From the NCBI GenBank assembly GCA_041659445.1, contig JBAZYG010000002.1, forward strand, positions 60,001-92,000: DNA of 32,000 nucleotides. The letters are read 5' to 3'. The number at the start of each line of letters is the position of its first letter. Position 1 is the first letter of the stretch. The notes beneath the pieces were generated by a model that ran no database searches, was not told the origin of the DNA, and saw only the letters and a program-made list of their open reading frames with translations. This document shows, one piece after another, positions 26,247-32,000 of the stretch. Source of the DNA: Candidatus Saccharimonadota bacterium. GTDB lineage: Archaea > Nanobdellota > Nanobdellia > Pacearchaeales > GW2011-AR1. Both the position numbers and the translations under genes were made by a program.

Positions 26247-26813
26247 ATGAAAAAGATTCTTTTTATTTTCTTTGGACTACTCTTTGCGAGTAGTCTTTTT
26301 GCAATCGAACCGACAGTACCTGCTACCAGCACCGGCGAGAATTCCCCGACGATTTTCACTGCTGAGCAGAAAGCTGAAGCCATCAACGCTTTCGTGACCA
26401 GTGGAAGCATGGAAATGGCTATTCCCGGATTGCCTGATGCACCGCCGCCGGTGAGGTATGAGAACATCTTAGGTTTTGAAGTAACCGCATGTAACTCCAT
26501 GCACATTGCGTATGGGGTGACCGGGGGTAATGAAGAACCTGCTTTTTGGGTTTACCCATGGGGAGGAACCGTTAGAGTAGAAAAAACAGTTTGGCCCCAA
26601 GCAGGACAGCAAGTTTGGGTAAAAGTATTATCCTGTTCAAGCCCACAGCAAGGATATTGCAATCTACATTTAGACCGAAGGGTTTGGTATCCAGATCAAG
26701 GTCCTATGGGCGAGCCCTTATTGTGCTTGTATGGATGGATATGGTGTTATACCGCGGGAAGTATCCTACCTCAAACAGGATACACCGAGGCCGGTTATTG
26801 TGTGACTGAATAG
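26247..26813 (+). CDS. secreted Cys/Trp-rich protein
   Basis: 188 aa with signal peptide MKKILFIFFGLLFASSLFA|IE. It is the G+C-richest gene in the window and its C-terminal half contains 7 Cys. Confidence 0.65.
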   Translation: MKKILFIFFGLLFASSLFAIEPTVPATSTGENSPTIFTAEQKAEAINAFVTSGSMEMAIPGLPDAPPPVRYENILGFEVTACNSMHIAYGVTGGNEEPAFWVYPWGGTVRVEKTVWPQAGQQVWVKVLSCSSPQQGYCNLHLDRRVWYPDQGPMGEPLLCLYGWIWCYTAGSILPQTGYTEAGYCVTE

Positions 26814-26828
26814 CCTATCCTGCTCTTC

Positions 26829-26870
26829 AAGGACTTTATTTCTCTCGAGGATTAAAGTCCTTTTCTTTTG
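26829..26870 (+). terminator. hairpin plus T-run (intrinsic-terminator-like)
   Basis: AAGGACTTTA (26829-26838) pairs with TAAAGTCCTT (26853-26862), followed by TTCTTTTG. Confidence 0.6.
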
Positions 26871-26900
26871 ATTTTAATTTCCTTTAAGGAATCAAAATAT

Positions 26901-27001
26901 AAGGCGTTGGTCAGAAGCAATTCCTGAAGTAATTGCACAAGTTGCGAAAAATCAAATTTTTGTGTGAGAATTCATCCAACCAAGGGAAAATCCAACGCCT
27001 T
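26901..27001 (+). ncRNA. about 100-nt element closed by a 10-bp stem (possible structured RNA), function unknown
   Basis: AAGGCGTTGG (26901-26910) pairs with CCAACGCCTT (26992-27001). It has an internal GCAATT..AATTGC hairpin and lies at the right edge of the G+C-rich island. Confidence 0.3.
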
Positions 27002-27044
27002 CTTTTAATATAAGTCTTTTAACAACTAAAAAAGGGGGTTTATT

Positions 27045-27239
27045 ATGTTTTATCATGTGTGGGTATCTGTGTTTTTAATTGTATTCGGAGCATTAGTGTT
27101 ATCTAGACAGATATCTTTTCCAATTGAAAAACGTTCAACTTCAAGATTATTTTGGGGTTTTGCTTATTTTGGAATAGGCATAAGTCTTTTAACAACTATT
27201 GTTTTATTGAAATACATTAAAGATATTCCTTGGTTTTAA
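27045..27239 (+). CDS. small two-TM membrane protein
   Basis: 64 aa with two hydrophobic helices. It contains the second copy of a 19-bp direct repeat (27180-27198); the first copy is at 27010-27028, just upstream. Confidence 0.5.
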   Translation: MFYHVWVSVFLIVFGALVLSRQISFPIEKRSTSRLFWGFAYFGIGISLLTTIVLLKYIKDIPWF

Positions 27240-27346
27240 ACTAATTAAAAAAATGCTTATTTAATTTTTCAGAATTTTATTTAAGCATTTTTTTTGCAAA
27301 ACAGAACTGCTAAAATATAGCAGTAGTATTTAATTAAAAAAAAGAA

Positions 27347-28060
27347 CTATAATTTTTTTGAAACACTTTCTAAATCTTTTTTCAAGAATTCAAGAGCTTT
27401 TTTGAAAATTTCTTTAGGTTCTATTTGTCCAAATGATTCAACTTTAATTATTAATTCATCTCCTTCTTTTATTTCTGCTTTCTTTTTATTTTTTATAGCC
27501 AAGCCTTCACAAAAATCTGAGATTGGTTTTTCAGAATTATCTTCTATAATTATTTTATCACCTTTTTCTTTAATAGCATTTTCTGGAAAATTTTTTTTAA
27601 TTATGTCAGAAAATTCTTTATCAATAATAATCTCTCCAGAGTTTCTGTAAATTATAATTCCAGGTGAGAACTTTGCATGTTCAAATCCTCTTCCCATTCT
27701 AACATAAGCAGTAATATCAACTTCTTTTCCAGGATTTAATATTGTAATTGGAATTTTATCATAAACTACTTCAATATTTCCTTTGAAATCCCCAGAATAA
27801 ACAATCCCTTCTTTTTTTACTTTTAATTTTAATTTTTCTTCTGAATTTTCTTTAAATCCTTTTGAAAATTTTAAAGGTATTAATCCAATTCTATGTGCAA
27901 CTGTTTCGTCGTACAATGCAGTATCATTTTTTGCAATTTCAACTTCATCAATTGCTAAAATTGGAATCAAATTAACACTTCTTCTTATTGCATTTGCCAA
28001 AGTTTCATTTATTTTTGCCTTAAAAACAAATTTGTCTTTTGTGTTTTTTATTGTTTCCAT
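27347..28060 (-). CDS. rpoD: DNA-directed RNA polymerase subunit D (Rpo3)
   Basis: 237 aa; ANAIRRSVNLIPILAIDEVEI..NDTALYDETVAHRIGLIPL, in the conserved position after S11. Confidence 0.88.
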   Translation of the reverse strand: METIKNTKDKFVFKAKINETLANAIRRSVNLIPILAIDEVEIAKNDTALYDETVAHRIGLIPLKFSKGFKENSEEKLKLKVKKEGIVYSGDFKGNIEVVYDKIPITILNPGKEVDITAYVRMGRGFEHAKFSPGIIIYRNSGEIIIDKEFSDIIKKNFPENAIKEKGDKIIIEDNSEKPISDFCEGLAIKNKKKAEIKEGDELIIKVESFGQIEPKEIFKKALEFLKKDLESVSKKL

Positions 28061-28097
28061 TTTAATTTTTGTTTTATATTGTTTTTAAATTTAATTA

Positions 28098-28565
28098 TTA
28101 AGGTCTTCTACCACGTCTTCCACCTTTTTTCTTAGGTCCTCCTCGTGGAAATCTAGTTGTGTCTAAAATATTTAAAATTTTAAATCCTTCTCTTGATAAG
28201 CTTTTAACAATTGCACTTGCTCCAGGGCCAGGTGCAGGGTTTCTTGTTTTTGCTCGAATTCTAACATAAAGATTTTTTACACCCAAATCTTTTATTTGTT
28301 CAGTAATTCTTTTTGCTATGAACATTGCAATTGTAGGATTTGCTTTAAGTCTGTCTTGTTTTGTAACCATGCCACCTGTAACTTTTGCAATAGTTCTTCC
28401 AGACATATCTGTGACATGAACAATTGTGTTGTTGAATGAAGTATAAATATTAATTATTGCTTCTGCCTCTTTTATAGAAGTTATTTTATTTTTTTCAGAT
28501 TCTTCTTCATTTTCTTCTTCAATTGGTTTCTCTTCTGCAATTTCTTCGTTTTTTTTCTTTGGCAT
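28098..28565 (-). CDS. rps11: 30S ribosomal protein S11 (uS11)
   Basis: IINIYTSFNNTIVHVTDMSGRTIAKVTGGM...GPGASAIVKSLSREGFKILNILDTTRFPRGGPKKKGGRRGRR, with an acidic N-terminal extension. Confidence 0.92.
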   Translation of the reverse strand: MPKKKNEEIAEEKPIEEENEEESEKNKITSIKEAEAIINIYTSFNNTIVHVTDMSGRTIAKVTGGMVTKQDRLKANPTIAMFIAKRITEQIKDLGVKNLYVRIRAKTRNPAPGPGASAIVKSLSREGFKILNILDTTRFPRGGPKKKGGRRGRRP

Positions 28566-28566
28566 T

Positions 28567-29022
28567 TTATTTCTTTTCTTTTTTCTTTAAACTTATTTTA
28601 TTTTCAAATTCTACTGGAACAACATAAGATGGACTGTTAACTACTTTTCCATCCACTAAAACTTTTTGATGAACTATTAATTGTCTTGCTTCTTTTACTG
28701 TTTTAGATAATTCTTTTTCTTTGACAATTGTTTGAAGTCTTCTTTTCAAATAATCTTTTTTATCTAATGCGAGAGCATCTCCTAACGAGTTTACATTTAG
28801 TCCTATTTTTTTTAATTTTGTAAAAAATATTTTTTGATTTTCCGAACTATCTCCAATTAATTTTTTTGCCTTTTCTCTTATTTTTTTTATTTTTGCGTCG
28901 GCTTTCCAAATTTCTCTTTTATTTTTTAATCCAAATTCTTTTTTTATTTCTCCTTCTTCTTCGATTCTTGCTTTTTCAAAAGGTCTTTTTGGTCTTGAAT
29001 ATGTTTTATGTTTTCTTTTCAT
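28567..29022 (-). CDS. rps4: 30S ribosomal protein S4 (uS4)
   Basis: 151 aa; KTYSRPKRPFEK.RIEEE...YGLKNKREIWK, with a C-terminal S4 domain (RRLQTIV...ARQLIVHQKVLVDGKVVNSPSYVV). Confidence 0.9.
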   Translation of the reverse strand: MKRKHKTYSRPKRPFEKARIEEEGEIKKEFGLKNKREIWKADAKIKKIREKAKKLIGDSSENQKIFFTKLKKIGLNVNSLGDALALDKKDYLKRRLQTIVKEKELSKTVKEARQLIVHQKVLVDGKVVNSPSYVVPVEFENKISLKKKEKK

Positions 29023-29084
29023 GCAAAATACCTCCGAACTTTTTTGTGTGAAATGGAAATTTTATATTTGCTTTTCATTTTTAT

Positions 29085-29573
29085 TTATTCCTTTTTTTCT
29101 TTTTTCTTTTTAATTCCAGAACCTTTTCTTCTGTTCTTTCTAAAGTGGGCTTTTGTTCTTTGTCCTCTTAAAGGAAGGTTACTAGCATGTCTTAATCCCT
29201 TGTAACTTTTTATTTTTTTTAATCTTTTAATATCAAATTCTTTTTTTAACTCTAAATCTGAACCTGTTAAATGGGAATCTTCGCCTGTTTCAAAATCTTT
29301 TCTTCTGTTGATTAAAAATTTTGGAATTTTGTTTTCTTTTATAACATCAGATATTTTTTTTATTTCTTCAGGACTCAGTGAACCAATTTTTCTTCTTTTG
29401 TCAATTTTTAAAATATTGCAAATTGCATTTGAAATGCTCCAAGAAATTCCTTTAATATTTGTTAATCCTGAATAAACACTTGTTTTACCCTCGATATCTG
29501 TCGATACAACTCTAACAACTCTTTCTTCATGTTTTTGTTGTTCACTTGTTTGAGGTCTTATATTTTTTTCCAT
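29085..29573 (-). CDS. rps13: 30S ribosomal protein S13 (uS13)
   Basis: 162 aa; VRVVSTDIEGKTSVYSGLTNIKGISWSISNAIC...YKGLRHASNLPLRGQRTKAHFRKN. Confidence 0.92.
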   Translation of the reverse strand: MEKNIRPQTSEQQKHEERVVRVVSTDIEGKTSVYSGLTNIKGISWSISNAICNILKIDKRRKIGSLSPEEIKKISDVIKENKIPKFLINRRKDFETGEDSHLTGSDLELKKEFDIKRLKKIKSYKGLRHASNLPLRGQRTKAHFRKNRRKGSGIKKKKEKKE

Positions 29574-29574
29574 T

Positions 29575-30108
29575 TTATCTTATAAATAAATTAAATCTTT
29601 CCATGTTTGTTAATTCTTGAAATATTCTTTTTTCAATTGCTTTTTGTGGATCTGGTAGATTTGCAATTCTTGATTTCATTTCTTCGAATGATGCAAATTC
29701 TTTTTCTTCTCTTTGTTTTAATATTTCTTGCATGTGTTTTTTTCCTAATCCAGGTATCAATTCTATTTGATGTAACCTTTTATTTATTGCTTCTGCTTTG
29801 TTGAAAAACTCAACAAACTGTACTTCTGAATCTTTTACAAGAGTTTTAATAACTTCTTGCAATTGGTTTTTTCCACTTTCTGTTATTTTTTCCCTTTTTA
29901 ATCTTCCTAAAATGTAAGAAATTTTATCTCTCTTACCTTCTCCAATATAAACTTTTTCTCCGATTTCTAAATTAAATCCTCTTCGAGGAACTAATTCAAG
30001 TAAAGTAAAACTTTTTTCACCAATAGCTTGTGCTATAGGGAGCATTTTTTTCTCTAGTGGATAACCATTCGGTAAATATTCGATTATTATTGCATATTCT
30101 TCTTTCAT
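29575..30108 (-). CDS. DUF655-family OB/HhH nucleic-acid-binding protein
   Basis: 177 aa; EEYAIIIEYLPNGYP...LLELVPRRG...IGEKVYIG...VEFFNKA..IN.RLHQIELIPGLGKKHM..IL..R. This is a conserved archaeal neighbour of the rpoF/L21e genes. Confidence 0.8.
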   Translation of the reverse strand: MKEEYAIIIEYLPNGYPLEKKMLPIAQAIGEKSFTLLELVPRRGFNLEIGEKVYIGEGKRDKISYILGRLKREKITESGKNQLQEVIKTLVKDSEVQFVEFFNKAEAINKRLHQIELIPGLGKKHMQEILKQREEKEFASFEEMKSRIANLPDPQKAIEKRIFQELTNMERFNLFIR

Positions 30109-30173
30109 TTAAATTTTCTCCTGAATTTCTCTCTGAATTAATTGTTTTTTTATTTTGATTGTCATTATTTTTT

Positions 30174-30464
30174 TTAAATTGCATTTTTAATTGTTTGTAA
30201 AATTGTATTTGTTTCATTTTCATCTAAATTCACTTCATGAATAATTTTATTCAAATCTTCTTTATTTTCTGGAAGTAAATCAATTATTTTTGAAATTTGT
30301 CTTTCATTAATTTTTATAATATTTAAATTTTCTAATTTTTTTCTTAATTCTTTTGCTTTTTCAGGTGTTAAAGAACTAAATGATTTTATGAAAGATTTTA
30401 GATTTACGTTTTTTGTGTACTCGTTAGATTCTGCCATGCTTAAAGGTTTTCTATTGTGTATCAT
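30174..30464 (-). CDS. rpoF: DNA-directed RNA polymerase subunit F (Rpo4)
   Basis: 96 aa; LSMAESNEY...LTPEKAKELRKKLENLNIIKINERQISKIIDLLPENKEDL, in conserved position next to L21e. Confidence 0.75.
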   Translation of the reverse strand: MIHNRKPLSMAESNEYTKNVNLKSFIKSFSSLTPEKAKELRKKLENLNIIKINERQISKIIDLLPENKEDLNKIIHEVNLDENETNTILQTIKNAI

Positions 30465-30465
30465 T

Positions 30466-30729
30466 TTAATTATTTGTTTGTTTCAATTTTTTTAAATGTA
30501 CTGGTTCGATTATAAATCTTTTTTCTAAATTTTGGTCTTTTATTTTTACAATGTATGCTTTTCCTCTTTGATCTTCGATTTCTCCTGTTCTTCCTTGAAG
30601 TCTTATTGGAAAGCTGAAATTAAGAGAAGATTCAATTACAACTGCGACTTTGTCTCCTTTTTCAAATTTTTGAAAATATCGATTTAGTTTTATTTTTCCC
30701 TTTTCACGAACTTTCTTATTTAATAACAT
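30466..30729 (-). CDS. rpl21e: 50S ribosomal protein L21e (eL21)
   Basis: 87 aa; REKGKI.LNRYFQKFEKGDKVAVVIESS......P.RLQGRTGEI..QRGKAYIVKI.D....K.FI..P.HLK. Confidence 0.88.
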   Translation of the reverse strand: MLLNKKVREKGKIKLNRYFQKFEKGDKVAVVIESSLNFSFPIRLQGRTGEIEDQRGKAYIVKIKDQNLEKRFIIEPVHLKKLKQTNN

Positions 30730-30786
30730 GAATAACGAAGAAAAATTCCCTTTAAAAAGCTTATCTTTTTGTTGCAGAATTATTAA

Positions 30787-30981
30787 CTATGCAAATTTTT
30801 TCTTGTCTAGACATTCTCCAGAATTAAAATTCAAATCCCCTCTTTCTTGTGCCGCATCTGTTTCATTTTTTATGTTTGCCCATTGTTTCGGGCCCCAAAC
30901 TCCAACGCCACATCTATCACAAATTTCCATTGAACGACTATCTGGAACATCTGATTTACAGTAAACACATTTCTTTGACAT
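30787..30981 (-). CDS. small zinc-ribbon protein
   Basis: 64 aa with CxxC (CVYC) and CxxC (CDRC) pairs 12 residues apart; family not recognised. Confidence 0.55.
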   Translation of the reverse strand: MSKKCVYCKSDVPDSRSMEICDRCGVGVWGPKQWANIKNETDAAQERGDLNFNSGECLDKKKFA

Positions 30982-31093
30982 TTTTGCCTCTTTTTACTTT
31001 AAGCAATTTAAAGATAATTTAAGTTTTTAAATTTTTGTGTGATTTTTTGCAACTTTTAGTAACCTTTAAAAACCCCTGTTTAAGAATAATAAT

Positions 31094-31291
31094 ATGATAA
31101 TTCCAGTTAGATGTTTTTCATGTGGAAAACCAATCGGGCATTTGTGGGAAGAATTTAAGAAAAGAGTTTCTTCAGGCGAAGCTCCGAAAAAAATTTTAGA
31201 CGAATTAGGTTTAGAAAGATTCTGTTGCAGAGCAATTTTTTTAGGTCAAGAAGATTTTATTGAGTTAACAGGGAAATTCAAAAAAGCTTAA
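31094..31291 (+). CDS. rpoN: DNA-directed RNA polymerase subunit N (Rpo10)
   Basis: 65 aa; MIIPVRCFSCGKPIGHLWEEF...LGLERFCCRAIFLG. Confidence 0.92.
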   Translation: MIIPVRCFSCGKPIGHLWEEFKKRVSSGEAPKKILDELGLERFCCRAIFLGQEDFIELTGKFKKA

Positions 31292-31392
31292 ATTGATTTT
31301 ATTTATATAACTTTTATATATATTTTTTACTAGCAATAATTTTAATAAGTCTAAATTCATTAAATATTTCAGTTTCAGTATCAAAAAGTAAA

Positions 31393-32000
31393 ATGGCAAA
31401 AATAGATAATACAATTTACCTTTCAAAATTAACCTTGCGAGAAAAGATAGGGCAATTAATAATTGTAAAACCTCAAAGATTAGATAAGAGATATATCGAC
31501 GAATTACACGTCGGAGGAATCTTTTTAAATAATTTAAAATCTTCTTCAGAATATTCTGAAGTAATTGGATTTTATCAAGATGTTTCTAAAATAAAATTAT
31601 TTGTTGCAACAGATATGGAAGGATATTTAAATCCGTTCAGTAAATTTTATTCATCAAAAAATTTTAGCGAGATAACTGACGAGCAAGAAGCATATGATTT
31701 GGGAATTGAACAAGGAAAAATTTTGTCTGAATTAGGGTTTAACCTAAATTTCTCTCCTGTAGTTGAAACAAGAAATGAAGTTTGGCCAGGAAGAAGTTTT
31801 ACAGGAACTAAAGAACAAATAAAAGAAAAAATAAATGCTTACATGCAGGGTTTGCGTAAATACAAAATTTTTACAACTGCAAAACATTATCCTGGTGGGA
31901 GTTTAATAAAAAATCCACATTTATTAAAATTTAGGGCACCTATTTTTGAAGAGGATTTAGAATATTTTGATTATGCTATGGACAAAGATGTTGATGCTAT
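31393..32000 (+). CDS. glycoside hydrolase family 3 N-terminal domain protein (NagZ/beta-hexosaminidase-like), truncated by the window end
   Basis: Hand-translated MAKIDNTIYLSKLTLREKIGQLII...HVGGIFL...ATDMEGY...LNFSPVVE...GRSF...AKHYPGG. The order of GH3 signature blocks is preserved. It is absent from the ORF track because it is open-ended. Confidence 0.7.
   Translation, partial: MAKIDNTIYLSKLTLREKIGQLIIVKPQRLDKRYIDELHVGGIFLNNLKSSSEYSEVIGFYQDVSKIKLFVATDMEGYLNPFSKFYSSKNFSEITDEQEAYDLGIEQGKILSELGFNLNFSPVVETRNEVWPGRSFTGTKEQIKEKINAYMQGLRKYKIFTTAKHYPGGSLIKNPHLLKFRAPIFEEDLEYFDYAMDKDVDA

Larger units (their letters stand above)
18037..27001. other. compositionally distinct (G+C-richer) gene island encoding only membrane, secreted or unknown proteins
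   Basis: The shift in base composition and codon choice relative to both flanks is visible by eye. The island has a shared leader motif, hairpin plus T-run terminators and a bacterial-type tRNA-like gene. Confidence 0.75.
14884..27346. mobile_element. about 12.5 kb insertion splitting the rpoD / tRNA-Leu-L18e cluster (putative integrated element or composite island; no integrase seen inside)
   Basis: All genes are on the strand opposite to the flanking operon and none is housekeeping. The segment abuts a tRNA gene. A 12-bp direct repeat TTAAGCATTTTT lies near both edges (14936-14947, 27281-27292). Confidence 0.5.

Noticed and set aside
18991-26809. Multiple overlapping track ORFs in the island (18991-19278, 19043-19255, 20918-21106, 21309-21503, 21593-21808, 22069-22278, 23227-23451, 24488-24799, 24708-25055, 25164-25550, 25245-25439, 26237-26506, 26591-26809)
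   Set aside because: Each lies inside or antisense to a longer ORF that has a signal peptide or TM helix, a leader motif and a terminator. Higher G+C reduces stop-codon frequency and so generates shadow ORFs.
11572-30964. Antisense or overlapping track ORFs in host genes (11572-11841, 15758-16012, 17221-17430, 27402-27650, 28866-29051, 29008-29205, 29607-29804, 30017-30223, 30728-30964)
   Set aside because: All are embedded in confidently recognised genes (xerA, the ATPase, rpoD, rps4, rps13, DUF655, the zinc-ribbon gene). Their low-complexity F/L/I/K-rich translations are typical of AT-rich antisense frames.

Overview
This is a very AT-rich archaeal chromosome segment. Small proteins, tight operons and the overall gene set suggest a DPANN-type lineage, though that assignment is an inference.

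Minus-strand housekeeping backbone:
- A replication module of Orc1/Cdc6, PolD small subunit, an NT5C-type HAD nucleotidase and PolD large subunit. PolD large is truncated at the window start and was translated by hand. An ORB-like, AT-rich candidate origin lies just upstream of cdc6.
- The conserved r-protein/RNAP cluster: L21e, RpoF, DUF655, S13, S4, S11, RpoD, then tRNA-Leu, L18e, L13 and S9.

Main observation: about 12.5 kb of plus-strand genes (14884-27346) splits this cluster between rpoD and tRNA-Leu.
- The first part has host-like AT-rich composition. It encodes a coiled-coil protein and a HerA/FtsK-type P-loop ATPase fused to a winged helix.
- The second part (about 18.0-27.0 kb) is visibly richer in G+C. 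It encodes only small membrane, secreted or unassignable proteins.
- Three of these proteins look like bacterial outer-membrane beta-barrels. Five signal peptides have Gln at +1, the Bacteroidota 'Q-rule'.
- Most genes in this part share a leader motif (AATTTCAAAAYGTC-ATG) and end in hairpin plus T-run terminators.
- It also holds an aberrant, bacterial-looking tRNA-like gene, followed by an array of hairpin plus AAACATTTT repeats.

Other notable loci:
- Two convergent paralogous genes (coiled coil, short tandem repeat, wHTH). The DNA of each internal repeat recurs as an operator-like palindrome in that gene's own upstream region.
- XerA coupled to a stand-alone 'Recombinase' domain protein that lacks the serine-catalytic domain.
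- An adjacent cassette-like duplication with conserved flanks and different inner ORFs.
- An RRM-domain protein.

No rRNA genes or CRISPR arrays were seen. All homology calls rest on motif recognition by eye; no database searches were run.
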